Assembly (NCBI GenBank): GCA_024679065.1
Contig: JAGIQG010000007.1
Location: 108,500,001-108,564,000 of the forward strand
Direction of reading: 5' to 3'
From: Sphyrna mokarran
Lineage: Eukaryota
DNA: 64,000 bases
Shown: piece by piece, positions 49,966 to 63,309 of the stretch
How the letters are laid out: every line of letters begins with the position of its first letter
Numbering within the stretch: position 1 is the stretch's first letter
The notes under the pieces: model-generated
Seen by the model: the letters and a program-made list of their open reading frames with translations, nothing else
Told to the model about the DNA's origin: nothing
Databases searched by the model: none
Program-made: the position numbers and the translations under genes

Positions 49966-51589
49966 GTATATTACTTAGTACATGATTACAATGTGACATA
50001 GAATACCTATCCACAGAACAGTTAATTCCCAGCTCTTTGTGAATGATATAACAATATAATAATAGGTGACTAAGATAAAAATTTGATTCCTTGTGTCTTT
50101 ACACAAGAGTGAAAGGTACTAGATGTGAAATCATGTGCAAACTTAGACTCTCTAAAGAATTAGGAATTGTTGATTTAAGGAAAATTATTTGGCATAAAGT
50201 GTAAATTTTGTTCTTGGAGTCAGCTGTAGCACTCAAGAAATCTGAGAGTTTTTGAGATCTGATGGGATAGTGAGACTAAGTATATTGATGGACAAATAAA
50301 GCTAAGGAGAAAGACATCAAGGATAAGAGTTACTGTTTGGTCATGCAAGAGACATGAAAGAACTGTCTAAAGAACTAAAAGGAACAAGCTTTTTATGTCA
50401 ATGAATTTTGAAGGGCATACTAGGGTCAAAGCTATTTTAAAATTACTTTCTTTAATGCTCATCAATGAATATATCCCTTGTTAGTCAAGGTTTATATTTT
50501 AATACAATTTTTAAGGCATTATGAGAAGGAAATGAAAGTAATTGGAAATTATTAGGTGACGATAAAACAAGCTGCAGATTTTTTATTACCTGTTTTGTGC
50601 TCCCACTAAAACCAGTTTCATTTTGATCATATAACTTTTTTGTTTCATATGTATACCTTTTCAAAATTTGTAAAATCTATAATGTAATCCAAATGCCACA
50701 ATTCATTTGGTGGAACACAAGTCAATTAGGTTAAATATAATAAATGGCAGTCTCCAGTGCCTTGTTCCACTTCCAGCGCAGATTGCATCTATATTTGCAT
50801 TCCAGTGTTTTAATGTAATTTGCCATTTCAAAACACATGGTCATGGACACTCATGCTGAAAGAACAAAATTTGAATGGTTCAAAGAGTGTCTTTCACTGA
50901 GTTATTGGCCTTCCAGTAGTAGTTGTGTTTATCTCAATGTGTATCCTGGGGAATAGCCCATAGAGTACAGAATCTGGTGTTTATGAGGCTGCTTGGTATA
51001 AACCTCAGAAAAACCCTGCATCTCTTTCCAGATGCTGTTTTTCAATGCCAATTCTAGAAGAAAATAGGTGATGATCTCTTCCCCACCACAACAGCTTTGA
51101 GGACACCTGATGTGTGAGAAGAAACCGAGGTGTTGGATGTGTGAGAAGAAACTGAGGAATGGTCAGACAGTTCTTCTTGTTCCCAGTTTTGGTGCCTAAT
51201 TTAAAATTCTGATGATGAAACATTCAACCAAATGACTTTGTTGTCTTGTGAATGCAACCACTCATCAGGATCTGCCATCTCTTCTGACTACATAATGCGT
51301 CACACACTGCCAACTATCAGAAAATGCTTGAATAACGAGTGCGTTGCCAGACCTCTTTTTCAAGCTTGCCCCATCCCCACCTTTTTCAGTGTATGAACTT
51401 TGATTTGTCACCAATATTTCTCAATTGAATAATAATGACCGCTTTGATTTTGCATGAATGGACATGAATACGTGTAGAATATTAATAGGAACACTATAGC
51501 ACAGTAATTATTATTGAAGTTGCACACTTCAAAGTGTCATGCTGTTCTTACTCATTAAACATTGCTGATTTTTAAAGTGTTAATTTGGA

Positions 51590-52335
51590 AGTGTGAGGGG
51601 ACTCATTTTGGCAGGAGGAAAATGGACAGACAGTATAAATTACGGGGAGAAACTCTAAAGGGGTTGCAGGAACAGGGGTTCTCAGTGTATATGTGCATAA
51701 GTCATTGAAGATGGCAGGTCAGGTTGAAAGCTCAGTTAATAAAGCACACAGTAACTTAGATATTATTAATAAGGACATTGAGTACAAGAGAAAACAGGTC
51801 ATGTTGAACTTGTGTAAGACATTAGTAAGTGGAGTACTTTCCAATTCTTGGCACCGTATTTGAGGGACTTGAATGTGTAGGCAATGGGGAGAGTACAAAG
51901 GAGATTCACAAGAATGATTCCAGGGATAAAAGAACTGTCTGAGGATGGATTGGAGAGGTTGGGCTATTTTCCTTGGTGAAAAGAAGGCTGAGAGGAGACT
52001 TGACAGAGTTATTCAAGATCTTGAGGGTATTTTCAGGGTACATAGTGAGAAACTGTTTCCACACAAAAAGACCATCAAGAATTAGAGAGCACGGATTCAA
52101 AATAATTGATAAAAGGAATAAAGATGTTGGGAGGAATTTTTTTCTGGAACAAACTTTCTGAGAGGGTGATGGAGACAGTTTCATTTGTGGTATTCAAAAT
52201 GAATTGGAATTCCAACTGATTTGAGAGAATATGCAAAGCTACAGAGACAAGTGGAACTATGTAGCTTGCTCTTTCAGAGAACCAGTGCAGACTCAATGGC
52301 CTCTTTCTGCATTGATAAAGATCCTGTGATTCTGT
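51590..52335 (+). mobile_element. Old CR1 3' fragment
   Basis: VMLNLCKTL, VQRRFTRMIPG, KRRLRGDLTELFKI. Confidence 0.82.
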
Positions 52336-52539
52336 AATTTGAAAGGATTTAAATTGCAGGAGCTCCTTCTTGTCACTGATTCACTGTTGGGATACCTCAG
52401 CATATTTGCTTTGGGTATTAATTCCATTTCATTAACTGTCTCACATTCAGCAGAGACAAGTGTGAACGGAGATAAGCCTTGCAGTGGAATATTGTAGAAA
52501 ATTCTAAATCCAAGTTCTCTCTCAGGGTCACAAAATCAG

Positions 52540-52765
52540 AGAATGATTCCAGCACAGAAGAAGGCCACTCGGCATGCGGTGCCTATGTTAGCGCTCTGCA
52601 CCTCGTCCCACCCCTGCATTTTTTACATTGCTCTACAAACCCTTTCTCTTCAGGTCTTTTTAAAGGACCTGATCAAACCTGCCTCCACCACAGTGTCAGG
52701 CAGTGCATTCCGGATCTTAATCACTCATTATGTAAAGGTGTTTTTCCACATCTCACCTTTTCCTT
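52540..52765 (-). mobile_element. CR1 3' end fragment
   Basis: agcacagaagaaggccactcggc tail; IRNALPDTVVEA on the minus strand. Confidence 0.7.
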
Positions 52766-52792
52766 GACTCAGTGTGAGGTATATAAATTACT

Positions 52793-53689
52793 GGGCCAAA
52801 TCCTCCGAGAAGTGATAATCACGAGTCACACCTCCCGTTTTTTATGCTAATACGGAACTCTGCATTTCTGGCCAATCTTCTGAACAGGGCTTCCACAGAA
52901 ATACAGAATGTATCTGTTCCAGGAGTCCTTCTTCACTGGGGGAGCAAAGCCAGGCACCCCTTTGAAGGTACCAGTGCTGTATTTTGATAAATCTTCAGCC
53001 ACTAACTGAGAAACATTGGGACTTTTAAGAAGCTTTCAAGAGTGTTAGTGAACAAGTATAAACGTGGCAAGTGGATAGGGTGCCTGCTGAGTAAAGTGGT
53101 AATGTGGCAGTGTGGGTACAGTGGCAGTGCTGGTAGGTGACAGAGCGGGTAAGGTGGCATGGTGCTAGATGGAAGAGTAGGTAGAGTAGACTGTGGAAGG
53201 GTGGGTAGGATGATACGGATTTGGATCAAGATGGGGTCGGGAGGAGTCTGGAGTCAGGAGTAGTTATTGGGTTGTGGGACGCAGAGGGTGTGGAGAATCA
53301 AGGAACTCAGAGGGTCTTGGAAGAGTCACAGGGTAGTAAGAGCTTTAGGGAGGAGTTTGAGAATCAGAGCGGTTTGTAGGAATCTGGTGTGACAGTGGGT
53401 AGTTGGAGGGAGTTGTCTAGCTACCTAGGAGTCAAAAATGGTTTTCTCTCCTGTCTAATATTTGACTATTCGGGTAAACGGAATCAGAATCCTCCAAAGC
53501 CTCTAACACTAGTTCAGAGCTGGAGATCTTTTTGTAAGATTCCAGATGCAGGGGAATTATCCATTTGAAGCTAATAGTTCCCAAGCAATTCCTATGGAGT
53601 CCTTGTGTTGGAATCTCCACGGGGTCCTGGAGTGCATCCTCCAGGATACATTCTATTTCCAACCATCCAGAGACTGAATGATCTGGCCC
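52793..53689. mobile_element. Non-autonomous TIR element (Harbinger-like ends)
   Basis: gggccaaatc...gatctggccc termini with a G-rich interior. The right part resembles 21915-22130; a mirror-oriented C-rich relative lies at ~9880-10750. Confidence 0.45.
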
Positions 53690-55059
53690 AGAATGTTTCA
53701 GAATTCGATCTTTCAACTGATACAGTTACTATATTTTGGAACTGGGGGTTTAAATATACATAGATGAAATGGGCTGTGTGACCTGTGTTGGAGTCTTTTT
53801 TATTTGATTATGGTTTGTGGGCATTGCTGACCAGGCCAGCATTTGTTGCTTCTCCACGGTTGTTCGTCAGAAGGTGCTGGTGATAGCCTTCTTGAACCAT
53901 TGCATTCCCTGAGGTGTGGACACATCCAGAGTGCTGATAGGGAGGGAATTTCAAGATTTTGACCCAGCGACAGTGAAGGAATGGCAGTATATTTTCAAGT
54001 CAGGATGGTGAGTGACTTGGAGAGGATGCCCAGTTGGTGCCGTTCCCAGGTACCTGCTGCTCTTGTCCATTTAGATCTTAGTAGCTAAGGGTTTTGAAAG
54101 TGTTGTCTAAGGGACCTTGATGAGTTCCTGCAGTGCATCTTGTAGATGGTACACATGATGCCATTATTTGTTGGTGATGAAGGGATTGGATGTTTGTGAA
54201 AGGATAGTAATCAAGCAAGCTGCTTTATCCTGGATTGTGTTAAGCTTCTTGAGTGTTGTTGGAACTGCACTCATCTAGGTAAGTATTCCTTTCCACTCCT
54301 GAGTTGTGGACAAGCTTAGGGGAATCTGAAGATGAGTTACTTGCCACAGGATTCTTATCCTTTGATGTATTCTGATAGTCACAGTATTTATATGGCTAGT
54401 CCAGTTCAGTTCCTGGTCAATTGTAACCCCCAGGATATTGTTACTGCGGGATTCAGCAATGGTAATACCTTTGAATGTCAAGGGGTGATGATTAGATCCT
54501 ATTTTGTTAGAAATGATCATTGCCTGGCATTTGTGTGGTGCAAATGTTACTTGCCACTTGTCAGCCAAAGCATGGTATTATTCAGGTCTCGCTGCATTTT
54601 GATATGGACTACTTCATATCTGAGGAGTCATGAAAGGTGCTGAACATTGTGCAGTCATCAATGAATACGCCTACGTCTGACCTTATGATGGAAGGAAAGT
54701 GATTGGAAAAAAATAGCTGAAGATGGTTGAGCTGAGGACAGTACCCTGAGGAACTCTTGCAGAGGTGTCTTGGAGCTCAGATGATTGACCTCAAGCATCA
54801 CAACCATTTTCCTTTGTGCCAGGTATGACTCCAATCAGCAAAGAGTTTGCCCCCTGTTATCCATTGATTCCAGATTTGCTAGGGTTCCATGATACCATCC
54901 TCGGTCAAATGCCTCCTGCACTCTTCATTAACAGCACGTTGACCCACTGTCTTGGTAGTAATGGTAGAGTGGAGATGTGCCAAGTCATGAGGCTATAGTT
55001 TATGGGGGAATGTAATTCTACTGATGATGATGACATACAGAGCCTCATTGAATCCATAC

Positions 55060-55276
55060 ATGTAGAAGGAGGCCACTCAGTCCAGCGTATCTACACCGAC
55101 TGTCTGACAGAGCATCTTGTCTTGACAGAGGCCCATCCCCTGCCCTTCCTTAACTCCACATATTTACCTCCACCTAACTTGCACACCTTTGGGCTGTGGG
55201 AGGAAACCTGCACACGCGGAGGAAACCTATGCAGACATGGGAAGAATGTGCAACTCTACGCAGACAGTGACCCAAG
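55060..55276 (-). mobile_element. HE1-type SINE fragment
   Basis: gaaggaggcca tail and V-core gtgggaggaaacc...gcagacatggg. Confidence 0.75.
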
Positions 55277-55424
55277 TTTCAAATTGCTGGATCTGTTCAA
55301 GGTCCATCCCATTTAGCATGGTGGTAGTGCCACACAACACAATGGAGGGTATCCTCAATGTGAAAATGGAACTTTATCTTCTGGGGATTATGCAGACATT
55401 ACTCTTATTAATATTGTCATGGTC

Positions 55425-55635
55425 ACAGAGGGTGATGAATGTTTGTAAGAAGTAGAGGTGGGTACAATTTTGTCTTTTAAAAAGCATTTAGACAGTCACA
55501 TGGATAAGGTGGGTATCGAGGGATATGGGCCAAACGCCGGCAATGGGAATAGTTAAATGGCTACAAAAAGGGGAAGTGTGGACGAGTGGGCCAAATGGCC
55601 TGTTTCCATGCTGTAAACTGCTATGTCTCTATGAC
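55425..55635 (+). mobile_element. CR1 3' end fragment
   Basis: TQRVMNV...FKKHLD and ggcctgtttccatgctgtaa tail. Confidence 0.75.
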
Positions 55636-55733
55636 TGATGCATCTGCAGCTGGCAGGTTGGTGGGGATGAGGTCAAGTATGTTTCCTCTTGCTGGTTCCC
55701 TTACTACACAATCTAGCAGCTATGACATTTAGG

Positions 55734-56552
55734 GTGCTGATGCTGGTGTTGGACTGCGGTAAACACAGTAAGAAGTCTGACAACACTAGGTTTAAGTCCA
55801 ACCGACTTATTTGATAGTAAACTTGCAAGCTTTCAGGGTTTGCCCCTTTGTCAGGCGAATGGAGAGTTCTGGCCTCAGACAGAACAGATAACAGCACAGA
55901 CAGTTTACAGATTACTGATTAGAATGCGAATCTTTACACCTAACCTGCTATTGAAGTCTTTAGTGGCCAACAATGTGAGTGGAAGAAGCATTAAGCCCAG
56001 GTTAAAGAGATGTGTATTGTCTCCAGACAGTACAGTAAGGTTTTGCAAACCCAGGCAAGTCATGGGGGTTACAGATAGTGCGACATGAACCCAAGATCCC
56101 AGTTGACACCATCCTTATGTGTGCAGAACTTGGCTATCAGTCTCTGCTCAGCGACTCTGCACTGCCGTGTGTCGTGAAGGCCAACTTAAGAATGCTTACC
56201 TGAGGTTGAATGTCCGTGACCACTGACCTTGGCTCAGCAAGGATCCTGGGTTCATGTCGCACTATCTGTAACTTGGGTTTGCAAAACGTCATTTACTATC
56301 CTGTCTGCAGACAATACACATCTCTTTACCTGGGCTCAATGCTCCTTCACTCACATTGTTGGCCACTTTATGGTTAGTTGTAAAGACTTGCATTCTAATC
56401 AGTAACCTGTAAACTGTCTGTGCTGTTATCTGCGCTGTCTGAGGCCAGAACTCTCCATTCGCCTGGTGAAGGGACAAACACCAAAAGCTTGTGAGTTTAC
56501 TATCAAATAAATCAGTTGGACTTAAACCTGATGTTGTCAGACTTCTTACTGG
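55734..56552. mobile_element. Penelope-like fold-back, second subfamily
   Basis: Left arm (55765-56100) is inverted relative to the right arm (56240-56550). TSD atttagg at 55727-55733 and 56553-56559. Degenerate hammerheads at 55823-55858 (-) and 56459-56494 (+). Confidence 0.88.
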
Positions 56553-57327
56553 ATTTAGGACCCTTCCAGCTTGGTCTGTGTGGTACTACCGAGCCACTCT
56601 CAGTGATGGGCTTTAAGTCCTCAACCCAGAGTATGTTCTGTGCCTTCACCATCTTAGTGCTTCCTTCAAATGGTATTCAACACGGAAGAGTAATGATTCA
56701 TTAGCTGTGGGGGAACAGTATGCGATAATCAACCGGAGGTTTCCTTGCCGCCATGAGACTCTACGGGATCCAGAGTCGATATTGAGGGCTCCCCTCTCAA
56801 CTGTATACCACTGTGCCATCACCTTTGCTGGGTCTGTTCTGCCAGTGAGTCAAGACATACCTAGGGACTGTGATGTGTTGTCTGGGACATTATCTTTAAG
56901 GTATGTTCCGTGAGTATGACAATGTCAGGCTGTTGCTTGACTAGTCTGTGACAGCTTTCTCAATTTTGACAGATATTAGTAAGAAGGACTTTGCAATGTT
57001 GACAAGGCTGGGTTTTCCATTATCGTTTCCAGTGCCTAGATTGATGCCCAGTGGTCTGTCCAGTTTTATTCCTTTGTGTTTTCTTTGTAGTGATTGATTA
57101 CAATTGAGTGACTTGCTAAGCCTTTCGGAAAGCAACCACATTGCTGTGGATCTGGAGTTACAGGTAGACTAGGTCAGGACGCAGACTTCTTTTCCTAAAC
57201 ACATTAGTTAACTAGAGTTGGGATTTTTTTTCATGAATTAACACTTGTTTCACGGTCATTATTAGAATTTTAATTACAGATATTTTATGGATTTTAAATT
57301 CCACCATCTGCTGTGGTGGAATTCAAA

Positions 57328-58033
57328 GCAAGAAATCTCACGACACCAGCTTAAAGTCCAGCAGGTTTATTTGACAGCACAAGCCACAAGCTTTTGGAGC
57401 ACTTGCTGTTCCTTCATCAGGTGAGTGGGAGTTCTGTTTTCAAACAGGGCATATAAAGACAAAACTCAATTTATAAAATAGTGGCTGGAATACAAGTCTT
57501 TACAGGTAATCAAGTCTTAAAGGTTCAGATAACGTGAGTGGAGAGAGGGTTAAGCATAGGTTAAAAAGATGTGTATTGTCTCCAGCCAGGACAGTAAGTG
57601 AGATTTTGCAAGTCCAGGCAAGTCGTGAGGGTTACAGATAGTGTGACAAGAACCCAAAATCCTGGCTGAGGCCATCCTCACGTGTGCGGAACTTGGCTAT
57701 CAGTTTCTGCTGATAGATCAGAGGCTGAATGCCAGTGACTTCGAGTAAGCGTTCTCCAAGGCGGCCTTCGCAACACACGAACAATGTGGAATCGCTGAGC
57801 TTAACCTTGTGCTTAACCTTCTTTCCACTCACATTATCTATACCTTTAAAACTTGATTACCTGAAAAGACTTGTGTTCTAATCATTATTTTGTAAATTGA
57901 GTTTGTGTCTGCATATGCCCTGTTTGTGAACAGAACTCCCACTCATCTGATGAAGGAGCAGCGCTCTGAAAGTTTGTGACTTGTGCTACCAAATAAACCT
58001 GTTGGACTTGAACCTGATGTTGTGAGTCTTTTT
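57328..58033. mobile_element. Penelope-like fold-back
   Basis: Minus arm encodes QQKLIAKFRTREDGLSQDFGFLSHYL (GIY-YIG end). Inverted arm at 57800-58033. Hammerhead cores at 57414-57420 (-) and 57947-57953 (+). Confidence 0.88.
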
Positions 58034-58269
58034 GTGAGGAATTACAGGAGGCTAGAAGATGGGCAACAATAAAGGCACAGATCATGATAGAAAGGAGAAT
58101 GTTACCTTCTTGAGAGATGATAACATTTATGTTTATGTGTTCACTGCCACAGCATCTCTGCAATCCTAACAATCCTAACTGGATGTCTGTGACTCTCTCA
58201 AAGCCTCTTGTGTTCACAACTACAATATCAGCAGTCTGAGCTTTTATGACAAAGGACTGACTTTGAATT

Positions 58270-59880
58270 ACAGGATTCTGAGCTTCCACTCAGTGCTCAT
58301 GTATTAGTGGCAGCTAAATGCTGCAATAGAAGCTGAGCTGTCAGCCATCAGATGCTGCATCATGGTTAGTTCTGCAGATATTCAGATGTAGTTCACTATC
58401 TTGTCCACACTGGAAAGCAAAGTACTGGACTTCTCCATGCTCCTTAACGTTGCACCCAGGCTGTCTGGTTGGTCTGACAAAGCACTGTGCATATGGGCCA
58501 GCCTACATGATCAAAGTGCTCATCTGAATTCTCTGCACAGAACTCACGTGTGACTTCATTGTTAGGCGAGCTAGCATTTATTCTACCTTTGTCAACTGTC
58601 CTAGCCAGACATGCTTGGTGGCTCATTACATGCAGATCCCATTTTGAAAATGTCCTTCAATTGGGCAAATAGTTAGTATCTGAGCTGGTGACTGCAAGAA
58701 TGATAGCGAGTGACATGTTGCTTTTTGTCACTCTCCACCTTTCCCTGCACAGCCTGGCAATGTAGTTTGAAAGAAAAAGGTGCAAGAGGAAGAGGGACAA
58801 AGCAAGAGGGCTAGAAGTGCGTGTCTACCTCATCTGTAGAATCAGATGAGATTATGGGAAGGGAAGGGAAATGGGGTGTGAAAAGGAAGATCGTCGATAA
58901 GAGTGCTTTGATGGTTTGAGCTCTGCCACTCATTAACTCAGCAATCACTGTCTGCTTCAATCAAGTAAGAATTTAGCAACACCAATTTTTAATCCAACCG
59001 ATTTATTTGATAGTAAAATTGCGAGCTTTCAACACTCTGTGTCTTACTCAGGCAAATGCAGTGTTCTGGTCTGCAATAGCACACATCAGCACAGACAGTC
59101 AGAGATTGCTGATTAGAATGCGAATCCTTACATCTAACCTGCTATTCAAGTGTTAAAGTGGCGAACAATGGGTGTGAAGGGAATCCTGAGCATTGTTAGA
59201 GAATTGTGTATTTTCTCCAGACAGCACAGTAAGTGAGGTTTTTTGCTAACCCAGGCAAGTTACGGGGGTTACAGATAGTGTGTCATGAAGCCAAGATCCC
59301 TGTTAAGACCGTCCTCATGTGTGCGGAGCTTGGCTATTAGTCTCTGCTCAGCGACTCTGCGCTGTCGTGTATCACGAAAGCCTTCAATCAAGGGCATACC
59401 TATTCCTAGTTAGTTTGTTCTATGTTCTTTGTCCTGCAAAAGAGATGGAAATGCGTCAGTGAATGTGGTGCAATCTATTTTGATGACAAACATGCCAAGG
59501 TTAAATAGATGGTAGTGTGTACAAGCTGTGAAATGTGGGTGTGAGGCTTGCAGCCATGCTAACTATTTGAGAGTGATGTTAGATATGAGTCATGATTAAC
59601 AGAGATTGCTGCCACGTCAGCGATGGTGGTGTGGTGTTTTGTACACTATGTAGGGTTAGTGGTGCAGTGGGTGAGATATGGCATTTGAAGATATGTTTAC
59701 TCACTTGCTCACTTTTGAGATGTTTGGACTATCTTGCACCACTGCCTTCTCATCTGCAGAACTTCCTGTGAATAGACCCCCTCTCTCCTTATCACTTCCT
59801 GCATCAAAGTTTCCAGCCCACTGTCCTCTATGCTGTACCTTTTCTGCTTATTTCACACATCAAAGCTGCTTTTAAAACAG
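58270..59880 (-). mobile_element. Decayed Harbinger-type accessory ORF remnant
   Basis: MHSALSDQPDSLGATLRSMEKSS...MMQHLMADSSASIAA; resembles 12100-12350. By-eye resemblance only. Confidence 0.3.
58966..59381 (-). mobile_element. Penelope-like 3' end, single arm (subfamily of the 7026 fold-back)
   Basis: Encodes DTRQRRVAEQRLIAKLRTHEDGLNRDLGFMTHYL. TSD cttcaatcaag at 58955-58965 and 59382-59392. Hammerhead variant at 59019-59055. Confidence 0.9.
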
Positions 59881-60239
59881 TGGTGGTGGGATACGGCCCT
59901 TAGGTTGGCAATAATTAAGGGCCTCAATTGGCAGCAGGGCAGGAAGACCTTCCTTAGGCCAGTTAGTTCATCACCAGCAAGTTCTTACTGGCATCACTTC
60001 TTGCTTCTGCACCACTGCCTATTCAGGTTGCATTCTTGGATGTCTGAAAATGGGAAAGGCAAAAACTGTAAAGTGCAGCAAGAGGAGAGGCAAAAACCAA
60101 AACATTTATTCTTACCCTGACTGCAGCTTGTAAATTGGAAGAGTTTTTTGGATGCAGATCAGTGGGATGTCAGAAGGAGAATTATGTATATCATCATGTT
60201 AAATGATTTCAGCCTTGCAGCAGGCCACAGAGAAGGTAA

Positions 60240-60524
60240 TAGAACATAGAACACTACAGCACAAACAGGCCCTTCGGCCCACAATTTGTGCCGAACACAT
60301 CAAAACCTACCCAGCCATAGACCTATCTATAACCCCCAATCCCATTGGATCCCATATACTCATCCAGAAGTCTTTTAAAAGACCCCAGCGAGTTCGCCTT
60401 GACCACCACCAACGGCAGCCGATTCCATTCACTCACCACCCTCTGAGTGAAAAACTTTCCCCTAGCATCCCCTCTGTACTTGCTTCCCTGCACCTTAAAT
60501 CTGTGCCCTCTCGTCGCGACCATT
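60240..60524 (-). mobile_element. CR1 3' end
   Basis: ORF 60323-60523 TRGHRFKV...FFTQRVVSEWNRLP; tail tagaacatagaac. Confidence 0.9.
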
Positions 60525-61405
60525 AATGGTGACCATTAAGACCAGTAATGTGCCACTAATGGTAGTGTAATATATTTGGATGAGGCGCCAGTCATGTTTC
60601 AGTAGCTGATATTGTTGGAGAACTGTTAGATGTAACAGAGGGACATGGGTTCACATGGACGTGGATGGAGGGCATGAATTTTCCTGGATGGGACATGGGG
60701 TGGATACGTGGAGAGGGGCGGTACGGGTAGGGGTGGCTAGAGACTGTAACTGCTCTGAGTACGTGGGCTGTATTTCCAGAGCATTAATATAGGCCTCTCA
60801 TCACTATGGCCCCTAACCCAACTTAGTGCCAATGAAGTCCAATCCATGGCTTCTTTTAGACGTACAATCCTTTTTCCAACCTACTCAGGACAAACAACAG
60901 GGCCCATGCTGAGATGAAATAAGCAGCTATTATAGACTTCACTATATAAAGAAACACTCTTCAATAAAATCAGTCAGTACATTTAAATTCAATTTCTTAT
61001 AAAAACAACCATTTGTCTTCAGAGTCCCATATCAAAGACTGCTAACTCATTAACAAACTCTTGGAGCTGTCAGTAAAACAGTGAACTTCACAGCCCCCCA
61101 CTGTGATAATGAAAGGTTGTAGGAATAGTCAATCAGTAAAAATACTATAATGATAAATGTCAGACACGTACCAATAAAATGCTATTGAAATAGCAAACAC
61201 TGATTTTTTTTTTGGACACAGCAGGCTTTTTTTTTTCAAATTAAAGAGCAAGGGATTTAAAAATTTGACTGATTTACAGTTTCACAGACCTTACCCACTT
61301 TTTATAAGCGTGCATGTCTACCCTTTAAAAGTTGTAAATCTCACAGTCTGGGAAACATACTTTTTTCCAGCAAAAATGGAACTTAACACTGAGTTCAAAT
61401 GATAC

Positions 61406-61523
61406 ATAGAACATAGAACCTTACAGCGCAGAACAGGCCCTTTGGCCTTCGATGTTGCGCCGACCAATTAAGAAAAAGCAATGACCGTCTAACCTAAACC
61501 ATTCCCTTTTCATCCATAAACTT
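61406..61523 (-). mobile_element. CR1 3' UTR fragment (young family)
   Basis: catagaacatagaac...gttgcgccgaccaatt...ccataaacttat. Confidence 0.9.
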
Positions 61524-62007
61524 ATGGATGATGTGATACCCGATATCACATCACCCCCTCCCAATCTTTCTCCTACCAGCAAAAATAGGATCTGACGGAA
61601 TGGAAGGTAGGACTTCTGGATCCAGAATTCCTGCGCCATTTTAGATCAAGCGCAGAATCTTCATGATTCACCAAAAACCTGGGCTCTTGTCACTCCTGTA
61701 ACCTTTAGACCCATTTTGATTGGGATGTCAGCCTTCGGCATTTTAATGAGGCTAAACCATGATGAGTGATAAATCACGGCGCCACTAGTTGGGTCCATTG
61801 CCAAGAGAGTTGTCTCTCCGTGAACGCACTGACTCTTGCTGGGGAAGGGATTCAGAGGCATGCAAACGCTCAAGGACCTCACACTTTTTTTATCCTGGTG
61901 TCCAGTATGTGTGTGCATTGAAAGGCTATTTGAACACTGAGGGAATCACATTTGAGCTTAATTTTGTCTTCTTCATTCAATATTCACACATATATGGAGT
62001 ACATATA

Positions 62008-62307
62008 TTTTTATTATTTATAATTGACACAAATAGACTTATATTAACAGTGCAATTAAGTTATTGTGAAAAATCCCCTAGCCACCACTTTCTGGTGCCT
62101 GTTTGGGTACATTGAAGGAGAATTTAGCATGTCCAAAGCACCTAACCAGCATGTCTTTCAGACTGTGGAAGGAAATCAGAGTACCTAGAGGAAATCCACA
62201 CAGACATGGGGAGAACATGCAGACTCTGCGCAGACAGTGGCTCTAGTTGGAAATCAAACTTGGGTCCCTGGCGCTGTGAGGCGTCAATGCTAACCACTGT
62301 GCCACCC
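62008..62307 (-). mobile_element. V-SINE with a different 3' tail
   Basis: tRNA-like head and V-core at 62120-62307. The tail (ttattgtgaaaaatcccctagccaccac) resembles 16000-16115 rather than the HE1 tail. Confidence 0.75.
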
Positions 62308-63309
62308 AAATTAGCAAACAATGAAGAATGGGGACTGTCTCACCTTTTCCTTTTCCAAAAACCAAGAGCTCCGAAGCCAATTTTAGTGTGTCTTATGTGG
62401 ACTGGGTGAGATAGCTTACTCAATTTGTAGCAAGCTAGAGAAAACTGGCAGTGCCTTCCCCCATCCCCTCAGATTCTCTTCCGATCTTTTGAGGGCAGGC
62501 AGCAAGGTAAGGGAAGCTTAAAAGCTGAGTGAGATCTTTGGCCTTATACAGCTGCCAGAGAGTGCAAAAACTAATATCCATTCTGCATCTGCCAGTTTCC
62601 ACTTCAAGTTACATACTCTATGGGAAACTGATCTTTTAAAATACAAATCTCTCCACCCTGAGGTCCTTTGTGCTGTCAATGAGAGGGACTCTTGGATGTA
62701 TCTAGCACCATCTTTACTCAGGAAAACTTCTATGAAATGTATTATATGATACATTTCTCATATATCTGCCCTGACACTTCAAGCAGAAGTTTGATAGGCA
62801 CAAAAATGGGTCTGTAGTCCTTTCATATCTCAGCTTGTCTGGATTATGATTTTTAGGGCATGATGTAAATTTGAGGGGCTATGCTTTCTCTAAGACTTGC
62901 TAAATCAGCAGAATAAACAGTTCTGGAAAGCTAACAGCCTTTCAACTGTGCTTTTGGAACAAGCTGTTTTTGCTTTGCCAGGGACTGTACATGAAAGCTG
63001 CACAGTGAGAAGTTGCCATCTCATGAATTGTAAAATATTTTGTAATACAGGCTGCATGCTGAATTTCCCTGTGATGTGCAAACTTTGTGGTAATGTGATA
63101 CTGCAATAATGCACTTACAAAGAAGATTTACACCGTTTTATATTCTGACACTTCAAAACATTTTCAATAACAGAAAGGAGCAAACATGGTGATTTTTTTA
63201 AAAATTAAATTGTAATCCATTGATATAATAGGCATAGGACTTGCAAGAATCCTTCTCCCATCTCACTTCTATAATGTGGGTAAATACTTACACCTATAAA
63301 TTAGAGTGT

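Larger units (their letters stand above)
53797..57327 (-). mobile_element. APE-RT LINE (CR1/L2 group) with a tRNA-SINE-like 5' end and no visible ORF1; internally deleted, with nested inserts
   Basis: Minus strand: head at 57327-57105, then HRLVKQQPDIVILTE (APE) at ~56950-56905, GVPQGTVLS at ~54735-54755, ADKWQVTFAPHKCQ...ILGVTIDQELNWTSHIN, and a tail ending at 53797. Confidence 0.82.

Noticed and set aside
51100-51290. 27-bp tandem duplication within a Ser-rich minus-strand frame (MADPDEWLHS...)
   Set aside because: Contains stops and matches no family I can name; left uncalled.
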